DNA of 64,000 nucleotides from Octopus vulgaris (lineage: Eukaryota): assembly GCA_951406725.2 (NCBI GenBank), contig OX597837.1, positions 45,694,001 to 45,758,000 on the forward strand, read 5' to 3'. Below, piece by piece: positions 1 through 15,212 of the stretch. A program made the position numbers and the translations under genes. Numbering within the stretch: the stretch's first letter is position 1; each line of letters opens with the position of its first letter. Under the pieces are notes generated by a model that was not told the origin of the DNA, ran no database searches, and saw nothing but the letters and a program-made list of their open reading frames with translations.

Positions 1-775
1 TATTACATGAATTCAAAGCATTAATCAGTGCGACTCTGTGTGCCATGGGTACGGGCTGTGATTTGTTTCAGTGCCATTATTTTCATTGTATTGAAAGTGC
101 TTTACGTAGGCGCAGGAATGGCTGTGTGGTAAGTACCTTGTTTACCAACCACATGGTTCCGGGTTCAGTCCCACTGACTGGCACCTTGGGCAAGTGTTTT
201 CTACTATAGCCTCGGGCCAACCAAAGCCTTGAGAGTGGATTTGGTAGACGGAAACTGAAAGAAGCCTGTCATATATATGTATATATATGTATGCGTGTGT
301 GTGTTTGTGTGTCTGTGTTTGTCCCCCTAGCATTGCTTGACAACCGATGCTGGTGTGTTTATGTCCCCATAACTTAGCGGTTCGGCAAAAGAGACCGATA
401 GAATAAGTACTGGGCTTACAAAGAATAAGTCCCGGGGTCGATTTGCTCGATTAAAGGCAGTGCTCCAGCACGGCCGCAGTCAAATGACTGAAACAAGTAA
501 AAAGAGAAAAAGAGAGAAAGAGGATGTAAAAGAGGTGCCAAGCAGTGCAATTTTCTGTATGTTGTAAATCTTCTTAAGTCCTGGTGTTTTATGCATTTGT
601 CGATATGTCATTTAACCATGCCAAATCCACCCTGTCATGTTAGGGATTATATCTTGACTTCAAGTCCCACATTCTGGTTATCTCTATTTCCAGATCTTTG
701 TATTTCAAGAGTTTTTCCATTTCTTTTAGAGATACCTTGACATCTATCGATTGGGACTGATATGTCAATCACAAA
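1..775 (-). mobile_element. R4/Dong-clade non-LTR retrotransposon 3' end (decayed), split by a SINE at 109-522
   Basis: Minus-strand remnants IDISVP..D, EMEKLLKYKDLEIEITRMW and PGLKKIYNIQKIALLGT correspond to the restriction-like endonuclease C-terminus. The homologous copy at 14321-14360 reads ..ttacgtaggatgtg.. without the SINE. Confidence 0.75.
109..522 (+). mobile_element. tRNA-derived SINE family A, full length
   Basis: Head ggcgcagga.tggctgtgtggtaag with B-box-like ggttcagtccc, CORE-like caccttgggcaagtg, an internal (TA/TG)n and a tail ..gactgaaacaagtaaaagag. There are many whole or partial copies across the window. Confidence 0.9.
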
Positions 776-1019
776 GAATATAGGTATATACAACAATGAT
801 GTTATTGGTAAAACATGTTCCTTATCCTCTTGGAGATTTTGGGTACAATTATACTAACGTGTCCATCTGTTCCAATTTAATTAAATTCTATGTCTTTGTG
901 CAACTGAAGATTGCTCTACATTTTAAATTGATATAATGAAATGATTGCATTGTTCAATTAAATGGAGTCGCATGAAACGATCGTGCTGCATTACCTCTGG
1001 ATATCCTTGTTGCTTATTT

Positions 1020-1050
<31 letters not shown>

Positions 1051-1052
1051 AC

Positions 1053-1258
1053 TGTGACAATTATTCGGTAGCCAAGATAAAACTCTGAGTTTCGGATGCC
1101 GAGGTGGAAATCCACACCACCATCTTTTCGGTTATCCGAAACTCAGAGTTTTATCTTGGCTACCGAATAATTGTCACATATTAATTTACAGATAAATTTC
1201 CTCTATTTACATAATATTGCGGTCTCTTTCTTTCTTTTGTTATCTTACCATTTTTACC
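1053..1258. mobile_element. Fold-back element with degenerate hammerhead-like core (Penelope-like terminus)
   Basis: Perfect 45-bp inverted arms at 1053-1097 and 1134-1178, flanked by (TA)n. The minus strand reads gataa-CCGAAAA-GATG..CATC-C-GAA-ACTCaGAGT-T-ttatc. Confidence 0.65.
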
Positions 1259-1639
1259 TATATATATATATATACACACACATGTATACACACACAGTTA
1301 TGTGTGAGTGTGCGCATGTGTGATGATGAGATTTTCCAGTTCCCATCTACAAAACTCTACTCACAAGATATGGGCCACACTGAGTGAACAGAGAAGAATG
1401 GTACAAGGTGCCAAACCGGTGAACTCAACACAGAACCACACAAACTGAAGACAGAATTCTTAACTGCACATGAATGCCAGCATCGATGTATGTTTAATGC
1501 AACACTAATTATATAAACACAGATTTTTATATAGGTCATGTGAGAATTGCTTGCATATATTTATATATATGTGTGTGTGTGTGTATATAAACAATATGTG
1601 TGGGGGGTGTACAGGAAATTTTTGTTTTATATTAAAATA

Positions 1640-3360
<1,721 letters not shown>

Positions 3361-6300
3361 TGTTAGCTTCAGCACAACACTTCTTTTCCTTATTCTTAGA
3401 TAGTTGTTTCTCCAAATTTATAATTTCTGGGGTGATAGAAGCTTTCTTTCCTTTGATGATAACCAGCATCCTTGTCATCACCATCATCATCCTTGTCATC
3501 ACCATCATCATCATCATCATCAATACCAATGCCAGCATTTCCAACCCACCTCACATTATATAAACTGATACAATGTAAGCTCTTCTTCCTCTTCCTTTCC
3601 ATCATCCACCACTCTCTCTTCTTCTATTGACTTCTCTCTCTCTCTCTCTCTCTCTTTCACTCTTTCTCTCTCTGACTCTATTTTCCTAGGAAACCAGATT
3701 TAGGGAGAATTCCCTGAGCAACGGGACTGGAATTCCATACCAACTCAGTGGCTAGCAGTTTTACTTATCATCATACAGAGGTGCAGGTGTAGCTGTGTGG
3801 TAAGAAGTTTACTTTCCAACCACAAGGTCCTAGGTTCAATTCTACCAAGTTTGGGACTTATTATCTTGTGCTTAGCAACTCATTACCTTAAATTTGAAGC
3901 CAAACTTGGTATTGAACTTCCACTCTGTAGGATAACATTGGATGCACATCTCAGTCTATTTGACTTCCAACAATTAACAATTGTAATTTGAAGTTGAATG
4001 GTTAGCAGTAAGAAAGATGTCCAATTTTCTATAAAAATTATTGTCTAAGCTGTTCTGAGAAAAAGTAACTTTTTCACCATAACAAAAAACAAACAAACAC
4101 ACAGGTGTCTCTGTGGTAACTTGAGCTACAACAAATAGCAGTCAAATCTCTCTTAAAACACACCCTTTTAGATTTATGGTATTTCAGGAAGAAAAAACAA
4201 AAAAGAAGGTACGTGATGGGTCTGCTACATCAGAGGCAACTCTGAGCTAAAAAAAAACACAGACAAACATACTTCACATTAAAAGATTATCTACTAAATA
4301 ACACTAATAAAGTTTAATTCTCTGGCAAAACTCCATGTATTTTAAACATTTTCTCTTTATGCTCTAAGACATAAAGATTGTTCAACTAAAGACATCAAAA
4401 TTATGCAACCTGACCTTGTTTTCGAGGTTATTTTTGTCGTAAAAAAGTGTTGTGCAAAGAACATACTTTATTTGGTAGCCAAAAGATTACTGGATCTTTT
4501 GATACCTCATATGTCAAAATCAGCAACTCAGTGTTTGAATCCATAAGGAACACACACACACACACACAAATTCAGCATTATATGTTTAGATTTGATAGGA
4601 TGTAACAAGGACAACGGGTGGCTTTGAGAAGGCCAAAGTCAGTTCAACAATAGACTCAGAATAAAAAGATGAATCAATGACAAGGTGGGTTTTACAAAGA
4701 GTGAAACTGCTTCCATATCAGATAGTCTTAGACAAAGTTGATGTGGTGATGTCAACTAAAAGCAAAGATTATTGTGTAAAGAGCATAGTTGGTGCCCTAA
4801 TAAACAGTCACACATTTCCTAAGATGAATTAAAGACACAGAGTATTTTGGGGAATGTAAATTTGGTTTCCAGTCACTTTTACTGTCCATGAGAGACAGTT
4901 TAAATGTCATATGTTGACCAACCAATCAACCTCCCCCTCTTCGTTGCCGTTTCATATCACAGACTTCCTGGCGCTAGACATATGGAAAACAGCGTGAATT
5001 CATATTCCTGGCTTTCACGACGAGGAATAACTAATGCGAAGTTTTATTATCAAGAATTTACTTTTTGAAGAAAAAGAAAAAATATGTGTTTATACTTGTG
5101 TGTGTGTGTATGTGTGTCCGTTTGTTTGTGTGTGTTTGTGTGTGTATATATATACACAAAGACAAACTCAGATATTTAGAGACAAATATGGAAAGAAAAA
5201 AAAAGGAAAGCAAAGAAGGAAAGAAAAAATTAGCAATGAACTAAAAGGGAAAAAGAAAGCAAGGAAAGATAAAAAGAAAGAAGAAAAGAATGAAAATGAA
5301 ATAGAGAAAACATTATCTTTTATGTTTTGTGTTGTTAGATATAACCAAAGTGATATCATATTGATTTTGTTTATTAATATAATTCCAAGACATACCAATA
5401 TTGTCATATATATATATGTATATATACATATACATACACATAAATGTGTGTGTGTATGTATATATATATATATATAATATATATACGTACAAAAATATAT
5501 ACATATGTACACACACACACACACATATATATATGCATATATATATATACATATAGATACATGCAAATATACATACATATATATATACATATACAAACAT
5601 ACATACATATATACATACGTGCGAATACATACATATATATTTATATAGAGAGACATATACATGTGTGTGTGTGTGTGTGTGCGTGTGTGTGTGTGGATAT
5701 AACACTGTTGTAATATCTTGGGTGTTATTTTCTAGAATGGGATAAGGTCGAATAGCAGAAATGGTAAACTCTTCTTGTTTTGTATTCTTTATTTTATAAA
5801 CATTCATTTTCCCCGACTTCATTTCCCAAACACAACAACAAAGAAGCAACCAAAAACTTGAGCCACCTCTTGGAAAAACATTGGGTTCAAATCTGCAGTG
5901 GGTGATCCATTGTTTTGCTGAGTCACTGGGACACTTTATGCTACGTTCCCCACTTTGGTCACATTCTAGAAGAAACTAGTGCCAGAATATCAGGAAAATT
6001 GTAAGAACTTGGTAACAGATAAAAGAAAAAGAATAAATAAATGCATCAATGCAAGAAATCTCTGCATCCTCTTCCTTGTATTCTTTAATTTCTAACTCAA
6101 ACTTCTAATCCCGCCTTATGTTATAAAGGGATGGTCATCTGGTTATCTTCCTTGTATTAACAATCAGAGCCAGAGGACATCACATCATCATCATCATCAT
6201 CGTTTAACGTCCGCTTTCCACACACACAACAAGCTTCCATAAAGCTTCTGTCTATGGTATTCCTCCTATAAAGCTTGATCGGCTGAGGTTATAGTAAAAG

Positions 6301-6549
6301 TCCCCTGCCCAAGGTGCAACATAAGTGGGACTGAACCCAGAATCATGTGGTTGCAACGTCAACTCCTTAACCACACAGCCATTCCTGATAAGAAGAAGAC
6401 AAATTGTAACATGTTGACTTCAGAAATTTACAGAAAGACTAGCAACAACAACAGTCACTCTTTGATGTACCATTGAATGTATGTGTGTAGAGAGGAAATG
6501 ATTGTGTTATTTCTGATTATTTTTGTTATCCTATATTTCAATAATATCT

Positions 6550-6610
<61 letters not shown>

Positions 6611-6685
6611 CAATAACTATCACCATCATCAGTGCTGCTATCTCAATTTTTACTATTATTATTATTATTATCATCATCATCATCA

Positions 6686-6870
6686 AAATGGCAAGCAGGC
6701 ACAATTGTCTTTCATTGGTCTTCATGTTCTGAGTTCAAATGCCACCAGGGTTGACTTTGCCTTTCATCCTTTCAGGTGTCGATAAATCAAGTACCAGTGA
6801 AACACTGCGGTCAATGTAATCGCCTAGTCCCCCTCCCTACAAATTTCAGGCCTTGCACCTATAGTAGAAA
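6686..6870 (+). mobile_element. tRNA-derived SINE family C
   Basis: Contains ttctgagttcaaat and gactttgcctttcatcctttc.ggg.tcgataaa..aagtaccag. Other copies lie at about 10261, 13781, 17262, 19085(-), 32697, 52940(-), 60518 and 60765. Confidence 0.8.
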
Positions 6871-6896
6871 GGATCATTATTATTATTATTATTATT

Positions 6897-7255
6897 AAGG
6901 ATGGAGAGGGAAGTGTTGTCTTCTAACCAGTTTGCCGAAAGGTGGAAGAAAGTGGCAAGGAAAGGAAACGGGAAAAGGCACCTGCACCAAAAATCAGGGT
7001 ACCCATGGTTTTTCATGGGGTTTTTCCATGAGCAGTCCTTGAACATCTCCCCCCCTATTGAGGAATACACATTCCTGATCTACCTCTTTTTTCTTTTGAT
7101 ATTTTATTAGTCCTGCTTACAGGCAAAACCCTCACGACTACACACACATTCACACACACACACACGCATACACACACACATTTTTTTTTTGTTTTGCCCT
7201 GTGCTGTCCATAATGTTTTTCTTCATGGAAACCCTTGTGGCAAATATAAAGAAAT
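6897..7255 (+). mobile_element. Tx1/L1-like LINE 3' end
   Basis: MEREVLSSNQFAERWKKVARK resembles an L1/Tx1 ORF2 C-terminus. The 3' UTR ends acccttgtggcaaatataaagaa before (ATT)n, and similar ends occur at about 10840 and 14130. Confidence 0.5.
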
Positions 7256-7260
7256 CATCA

Positions 7261-7297
<37 letters not shown>

Positions 7298-7943
7298 CAT
7301 TATTAATGTTGTTGTTATTGTCGTCGTCGTCATCATCACAACTACTACTGCTGCTGCAGCAACTATTACTGCTTTTCTACCATAATTACGATTATTATTA
7401 TTATTATTATATTATTATTATTATAATCATTATTATAATTATTATTATTATAATCATTATTATAATTATTATTATTATAATCATTATTATTATTGTTATG
7501 ATTATTGTTATTGTTATTACTGCTGTTGTTGAAATAAATAACATTAATATTCACAAACATAACTTTAATCAATTATGTTTGTTTGATTGTTTGGTTTTCT
7601 TGTTTATATTTTATCTTCATATTTATTTATTTATTTATTGGATTTTGAACTCTGACGTCGGCTTAATATGATACAAAATTGAAATTTCCAATGTTTTTTA
7701 AAATATAGATCACTTCAACATATATATATATATAATATATATACACACACACACACACACTCACACACATATATATATATATAGATATACACACATACAT
7801 ATATGCATACATACATATATATATAAATAAATATACACATACATATATCTATATATATACGCACACAAACATATATGTACATAAATATATATATATATAT
7901 ATACATACACACACACATACACATATATATATATATATGTATG

Positions 7944-7975
<32 letters not shown>

Positions 7976-8082
7976 CATATAATTATGTATATATTTGTAT
8001 ATATATTATATATACATATATATATATGTGTGTGTGTATGTATGAATATATGTATGTATGTACGTATGTATGCATATGTATA

Positions 8083-8405
8083 CGAGGTCTTATCAATAAG
8101 TATCCGGACTGTTGCCATAGTAATGAAGCTAAAGCATGCAGACTGAAGCATCTTGGCAAAAATTGACCTTGAACTCTGCTGTGCATGCACACCAAGTTTT
8201 AATGTTCTAGTTCACATCCACTGTTTACAGCAGTACTTGGAAGGAAGGTGTGTAGCATGTGATAGTTGCATTGAGCATGATAGAGGAAGTTGTCATGGCA
8301 ATACCTGCTCAGAGACCTACGCAAAGATGCTGAAAGTGTATGGAGAGGAGTGTATGAGCACACAAGTGTACGAGTGCTTCAGAGTTTCCAAGATGGCCAA
8401 AAAAA
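8083..8405 (+). mobile_element. mariner transposon 5' fragment
   Basis: TA followed by CGAGGTCTTATCAATAAGTATCCGGACTG, a mariner-type TIR, then an HTH remnant ETYAKMLKVYGEECMSTQVYECF. Confidence 0.75.
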
Positions 8406-8436
8406 TGTGAATATAAATATATATATATATATATAA

Positions 8437-8628
8437 AGGGAAAGTTTACGAAAATAAACAAAAGATGAAGGCAGGTAGAGTACAAACAAACAAATGTATT
8501 AGTATAGCACTCAGGAATAGAAATAGAAAAAGTCTTTTACGTTTCGAGCCTACGCTCTTCGACAGAAAGATACACAGAAAAAAACAAGAGGAGAAAAAAA
8601 TGCATGTAGGAGCTAACGATCTATCATG
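8437..8628 (-). mobile_element. Penelope-like terminal fragment with hammerhead-like motif (8533-8570)
   Basis: The minus strand reads tcttt-CTGTCGA-a-GAGCgtagGCTC-GAAACGTA-aaaga and ends at (TA)n. A near-identical copy lies at 63185-63335. Confidence 0.65.
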
Positions 8629-9168
8629 TACAGTGGGCTTCTTTCTGTCTCTGCCTACCAAATCTACTCACAAGGCTTTGGTCAACCTGAGGTCATAATA
8701 GAAGGCACTTTCAAAAGTGCCGTGCAGTGGGACTGAACCCAGAACCATGTAGTTGGGAAGCAAACTTCTTACCACACAGCCATGCCTGCATATATCTTGT
8801 AATGTTTATCTTTTAATTATGCTGTGTCAATATTTAAGAAGAAAAACAGTCTTGGAAACATTTACTTGCATTTCTTATATGGAATTTCTTTGGGAAACGT
8901 AGTCTATTTAATTTTCTAATTATACTATGTGAGAATGGCTATTCCGGGATAAAATAAGAAAAGCTGATTAAAGCATTTGTTTACAGTTTTGAAATGGAGT
9001 TTAAATGAGAAATATATTATCACATTAACTATTTGTATTATAGAAATATTACATTTCTAAATATCTCAGAGAGATATAAGCAGTGGTGGTATGATAGAGC
9101 AGTTGTATATGTTCAGAAGCCCTAGACAAGCATCTGCAGCTAGCAAGCCATATGCTACTCCATATGTA

Positions 9169-9206
<38 letters not shown>

Positions 9207-9299
9207 CAGGGGAAAACATTTCTATTTTGCTTCAATAAACTAAACTCAGTCTGATCCATTCAAACACAGAAAAGTGGATGTTAAAATGCTATACATATA

Positions 9300-9388
<89 letters not shown>

Positions 9389-10033
9389 GGATGGATGGAT
9401 GAGTGCTTGTGTGTGTGTGCGCATGCACTCGTGTCAGTGTTTGTCCCTCCCACCGTTTGGCAATTAGTGTTGGTCTGTTCACATCGTTATAACTTAGCAG
9501 TTTGGCAAAAAAACAAATGATAGGATAAGTCCCAGACTGAAAACAGAAAGTAAATACTGGAACCAATTTGTTTGACTAAAACCCTTTAAAAGCACTGCTG
9601 CAGCATGGCAGCAGTCCAATGATGGAAACAAGTGAAAGAAGCTAGGTATATACCGGCTGCATCTTTTGAGATTAAACTGTAACAAAGGGAAGCCTTATAT
9701 CAGCAAATGCAAAAGCCCAGCCAAAAGCTGATCACAATTCAGCTTTGTAATTGCTTGGTGTGTTTACACTTGTTTTGAAATAAAAGAAAGAAAATATTTA
9801 ACATTGGCAGAATTTATTGAATGCAAGAATTCAGCAGAGAAACTGTTTAAATTTTCACTTAGGTTTTCAATGTCAATACACGTCTGTTGTTATTCTTCTA
9901 CTTTTCAAACACTCCTTTATGTAACCCCGCATTCTACTGCCCTCTGCCATCCACAACGTTTACTGTGAACCCTTAGTGGTGAACAAAGAAAGTGGTGTTG
10001 CTTTTGTTATCGTTGTTGTTGTTGTTGTTGATA

Positions 10034-10260
10034 TTAACCCTTTAGTGTTCAGATTATTCTATCAAACGTAATGCCTATTGATTCCCATTGATTTGAATTA
10101 ATCATGCATTATCTCATATCTTCAAGATGTTGATGGTGTAATCACTTAATGTAGAATAACATTGTAGGGTAGGTGTGAGGGCCTGGATCTGGTCAGTTTG
10201 AACATAAAACAGATTAACTATTTTGGCCGGATATGGCTGGTTTAAATACTAAAGGGTTAA
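10034..10260. mobile_element. TTAA-flanked (piggyBac-type) MITE, family P1
   Basis: TTAA-CCCTTTAG ... CTAAAGGG-TTAA. Other copies lie at about 39930-40155, 47461-48169 and 60975-61179. Confidence 0.85.
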
Positions 10261-10473
10261 GGTGACAAGCTGGCAGAGTGGTTAGCACACTGGGCAAAAT
10301 GCTTAGCAGCATTTCATCCGTCTTTACATTCTGAGTTCAAGTTCCGCTGAGGTCGACTTGGCCTTTCATTCTTTTGAGGTCGATGAAATAAATACCAATT
10401 ACGCACTGGGATCAACATAATCGACCAGCCCCACTCCAAAAATTTCAGGCTTTGAGCTTTCTTGAATTTATTC

Positions 10474-10875
10474 AAAGGTGGGTGAAAGTTGAGAAAATGG
10501 CATGGGTAGATGGTACCTCTCTGAGTGTAGACCTGTGAGTCAAAGAGAATGAATTGGAAGGGGCACTTGCTCTTGGTGTTCAGGGAAATCCAGGACAGAG
10601 GGCTTCCTCAATTATCCCTAGAGGTCATCCTGTATCAGGGGGGGGCTACATATCTATCATCTTCCCCCACCACACACTTTTTTCCTTTAAACTTGTTTAC
10701 TATGGATATTTCCCTTCCATTGTATACCGTGTATACTTACATCTTTGTTTTTTTTTGTTATCTAATTATTTTACAATTTCATTATATGTAAACCCCAACA
10801 TTTTATGTCAGTCTTTGTATTGTCTCCCTCATCCTTCACCCTGGTGGCAAATAAATAAAATCATTATTATTATTA
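10474..10875 (+). mobile_element. Tx1/L1-like LINE 3' end and UTR
   Basis: RWVKVEKMAWVDGTSLSVDL* followed by a UTR ending tcatccttcaccctggtggcaaataaataaaa(tcatt)n, similar to 6897-7255. Confidence 0.5.
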
Positions 10876-11034
10876 GTGTGATATTTTCTTCTTTCAGTTT
10901 TGTTTCCATTTCCTGATGAGAGTCTCCCAACACCTAGGGCAAAGAAACTCACTGTACATATTTGTAGGTCATTAAGATACATACGCCAGATTGTTCATTT
11001 ACGAAGACATGTGGAAGAAGAAAAAGGAGAGGAA

Positions 11035-11065
<31 letters not shown>

Positions 11066-11164
11066 GGAAGGAAGGAAACAAAAAATAGAACAGAAAAAAA
11101 TGAAAAAAATGGAAAAGGGGGAAAAGTTTTTAAAAATTCACAGCAACAATGATCTCAATACATT

Positions 11165-11975
11165 TGACGTATCAGTTAAAACAATCCTTTGCACTTCTTG
11201 CATCGATAGTAAGCCAGGGATCATTCTCAAAATAATTTTCAGTTCCTTTTTTTTTTATCATTTTAAATGCTCCTACAATCACTGGTATTGTAACCATATT
11301 CTGATGCCACATTTTTCTGACTTCAATCAGCAAATCTTTATATTTTCTGAGCTTGTCAAATTCTTTTCTCAAGATATTATGATCGCAAGGAACGCTTATG
11401 TCAATCAATAAACAGATTTTATCGTTTTGGTCTTTCACAACAATATCTGGTTTATTACCTTTGATGTTTCTCTATCTACTGGAAAGCGTTAAATTTTCTC
11501 CCTCAGTTACAGCCTCAGGGTGGTGCTTATACCATTTGTCAGAAGTTTTGACTTTATAACGCTGACATATTAACCAGTGTAGATATTGGCCAATTCTGTC
11601 ATGTCTTGATTTATACTCTACAGGTGCTAAAACCGTACTCCCAGAGATTAGGTGGTCCACTGTTTCAATTTCATTATTGCAGTATCGACACTTTGGGTCT
11701 ACTCCATTTTACATCACAGAAGCTTGGTAGTTCCATGCCAATAAGCTCTGATCTTAAGCAGCTGAGATAAAGCCTTCACTCTCTGCCTTTAGCCCTGAGC
11801 TCTATGGCCACTAATGGGTGTGCTTCTGGTCTACATCAGCTTGTTTGCTAAGGGCCACATATTTGCTATGCAGAGGTTTTTGTTCAAATGCTTTTTCCAT
11901 TGCCATTGATTTCACCTTCTTCGCAACAACAGTTGCTGCAGTTCCATCATACTGTTCCACCTGGGTATTATTGCT
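11165..11975 (-). pseudogene. R4/Dong-clade non-LTR retrotransposon ORF C-terminus (zinc knuckle plus restriction-like endonuclease), disrupted
   Basis: KPLHSKY..SSGLKAESEGFISAA*DQSL..KCRYCNNEIETVDHLISGS..RHDRIGQYLHW..KPDIVVKDQNDKICLLIDISVP..KLRKYKDL, with stops and frameshifts. Confidence 0.88.
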
Positions 11976-12620
11976 TGGAAACATGTGAGGATTCATGAAA
12001 GAAGAGGAATCTGCCTTAACAAATTTCCAACACATGCAAGCATGGGAAAATGGACACCAAAAGGATGATGTATCTTTCATCATTCACATGTTTCTGAGGC
12101 CATACTGGAGCACTGACTAGAAGAATTTTTAGTCAAATGAATGGAACCCAGTACTTATGCTCTTTTTTAAAAAAAGCATGGTACTTATTCTATCTGTCTC
12201 TTTTTGTTGAAACCCCAAGTAATGGGGATGTAAACACACCAACACCACTTGGCAAGCAGTAGTGGAGGTTAAATACGGATATGAAGACACACACACACAT
12301 ATATGACACACTTCTTTCATTAAAAAAAAAGCATAAGTACTGGGTTCCATTCATTTGACTAAAAGTTCTTCAAGTCAGTGCTCCAGTATGGCCTCAGTCT
12401 AATGACTGAAACAAGCAAATGATAAAAGATACATCATTCTTTTGGTATCCGTTTTCCCATGCTTGCATCTGTTGGGAATTTGTTAAATACACTCACAAGG
12501 CCTTCAGTGGTCTGACACTATAGAAGAAACTTATTCAAGGTTCCACACAGTGGGACTGAACCCAGAACCATACAGTTGGAAACCAAGCTTATTACCACAT
12601 AGCTACAAACACATCGTAAC

Positions 12621-12750
12621 TGAAAGGCTTCAATCTGCAATACTCAGAGTTACTCCCTTCCTAAGTATCAGCTGGTGAACTGATTCTAACAGTTTACCAG
12701 CTGACGAGTGGAAACAAGAGACTCTGGGTATTGGAAACCAGAGCCTTTCA
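12621..12750. mobile_element. Decayed fold-back element with hammerhead-like core
   Basis: Inverted arms tgaaaggct..aatactcagagt..tcagctggtgaactg / cagtttaccagctga..actctgggtatt..agcctttca. The plus strand reads ccag-CTGACGA-..-GAGACTCtGGGT-A-ttgg. Confidence 0.55.
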
Positions 12751-12988
12751 ATTGGAATGTATTAAAGAACACCCTACATTTGTATTGAGTCCTGCAATTT
12801 ATTGCTTCTGGTGAATCAACAGAGATTTATATATACACACACACAAACACACACATATGTCCATATCTTATACGTGTATTTTCCATTCATTCTTTTATTG
12901 TTTTCTGTTTAATTTTTCAAATTTAAATATACATACATATATATATATATATATATTACTCAAATACACACATACACATCATCATCAT

Positions 12989-13033
<45 letters not shown>

Positions 13034-13050
13034 TATATACACACACACAT

Positions 13051-13088
<38 letters not shown>

Positions 13089-13605
13089 TAACACACACAC
13101 AAACACACACACACGTAGTTATTGATTTACTGGTGTATTTAGTAGTTAGCAGAATTATTTAAATTGCTAATCTCGTTAATCTGTCTGTTGAGAAATCAAA
13201 CACTGGTGGGATAGGGGAAGTGTGGGGGGAGGGAGCAGAGGGTGAGACGGTGAGGCGGGGGGGGGAACCAAGACAAAAAAAAAATCTCAAAAACAAACAC
13301 AACAGCCAAGATCTAAAACAAAAAAAAAAAGAAAGGAAAAACAAATAAAAAAAATAACAAAATGTATAAACACCGAACAAAAATAAAAAAAAAAATTGGA
13401 GTTTACTACAATTGCATTCTGCAAAAAGAAAAGTTGACAAAATCATCAAAAAAAAAAACACCATTACAAAATGTAAAGATAAAAACAAAAAAACCCGCTG
13501 GTCTACATCAGATTAATGTCATGTTTTTCTACTTTATATTTGCTTTGGTGAATTGTCAGCATTAAATATTTCAGCATTTTTTGTCATTCTCTATTTTACT
13601 CTCAT

Positions 13606-13636
<31 letters not shown>

Positions 13637-13780
13637 AACTACTGTTATCATTATTGTTACTATTATTAATATCATTATTATGATTACTGTTACTACTACA
13701 ATTATCATTATCATTATTATCATTATTATTATTATCATTACTACTGCTACTACTACTACTACTACTGCTACTACTACTGA

Positions 13781-13990
13781 GGCGGTGAGCTGGCAGTATC
13801 GTCAACACACTGGATGAAATGCTTAGCAGTATTTCACTTGTCGCTACGTTCCGAGTTCAAATTCCGCCGAGGTCGACTTTGCCTTTCATCCTTTCGGGGT
13901 TTAATAAATTAAGTACCAGTTGAGTACTGAGGTTGATGTAATCAACTATCCCCTCCGCAAAATTACTGCCCTTGTGGCAAAATTTGAATT
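13781..13990 (+). mobile_element. tRNA-derived SINE family C, near full length
   Basis: ggcggtgagctggcag..ccgagttcaaattccgccgaggtcgactttgcctttcatcctttcgggg..cccttgtggcaaaatttgaa, set between trinucleotide repeats. Confidence 0.85.
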
Positions 13991-14010
13991 TTTTATTATC
14001 ATCATCATCA

Positions 14011-14041
<31 letters not shown>

Positions 14042-14151
14042 CGTACTCCCACCCTGTTTCTCTATCATTATATCATATGTAAACTCCCTAGTCGTTATGT
14101 CTATCTTTCAACTATCCCCCTCATCCTTCACCCTGGTAGCAAAGAAAAGAA

Positions 14152-14195
<44 letters not shown>

Positions 14196-14209
14196 TAGTA
14201 TTAGTATTA

Positions 14210-14575
14210 TTCAGTAGTCTTATTTTTATCACATGCTTTCTCTGTACTACCGAATGCAGCTCTTTGTGCCTTGGGGATGTGCTATGGTTTGTTGTGCGCT
14301 TTTATTTTCACTGTATTGAAAGTGTTTTACGTAGGATGTGTGCGGTGCCCAGTAGTGCTATTTTTTGTATGCTTTATACATTTGTGAATCCTTGTGTTTT
14401 TGTACTGCATTCATCTGAATGTCTTTTGTATCATACCTAATGTTTCCATTTTTAGGTTCCACATTCGAGTTACCTCCAGTTCCAGGTCTTTGTATTTTGA
14501 AAGTTTCTCTGTTTCTTTTAGAGAAACACTGTCATCTGTTGGTATTGATACATCGATTAGAAAGCATTTTATAAT
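14210..14575 (-). mobile_element. R4/Dong-clade LINE 3' end abutting (TAA)n
   Basis: Minus strand gives CFLIDVSIPTDDSVSLKETEKLSKYKDLELEVTRMWNLK..IQKIALLGTAHILRKTLSIQ*, and the 3' UTR ends in a TAA repeat, the known Dong target. Confidence 0.85.
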
Positions 14576-14844
14576 TTTTATTGAGTGATAGAGCAGTGCA
14601 TGCCATCAAAATGACACTGGGGTAAAATATTTTTTTTTAACATGAATTTAGAGGAACATATTAACCAGATGGTTTTCTGTTCAGTTCCATGTCACAGCTA
14701 ACTGCATCAATTAGTATTCAACGTCTCTGACTCCTATTAGTTGTCACTCACGCTGTAAATTCCACTGATGGGTAATTCTGTGTCTGCTTCACCAGATTGT
14801 GATATTATCTGGAGTGTATATTAGCAATAATTATAACAATACAG

Positions 14845-15212
14845 AATATGAAGACTCGCACATCCTCAAAATTCATATCCCTTTATTTTACAATTTCATA
14901 CAGCCTATTTTTATGTCATCATGACCTACACATGTTTCCATTGCAGTGAGAATGGACAGTTGCACGTGCGACCGGGCATAATTTTCTGCACAGCTTCATT
15001 CAGGGTCTGGCCACCAGCTGGTTTCAAAGCAAACTAGCTGGTGGACAGACCCTGAATGAAGCTGCACAGAAAATCAGGCCCAGCTACATGTAAAACTGTC
15101 CATACTTCATGTAGCAGAAACACATGTAGGTTGTAATAACATAAACATGTGCAGTAAGAAATTGTAAAATAAAGGGATATAAATTTTGAGGATGAACAAG
15201 TCTCCATGTTCT
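14845..15212. mobile_element. Large (~360 bp) imperfect palindrome / fold-back element
   Basis: catcctcaaaattcatatccctttattttacaatttc..ttcattcagggtctg.ccaccagct / agctggtggacagaccctgaatgaa..gaaattgtaaaataaagggatataaattttgaggatg, centred near 15027. Confidence 0.85.

Noticed and set aside
14752-14808. Possible 57-bp minus-strand exon (IISQSGEADTELPISGIYS, donor gtgagt)
   Set aside because: The acceptor is weak and there is no similarity to the expected next INTS13 exon.
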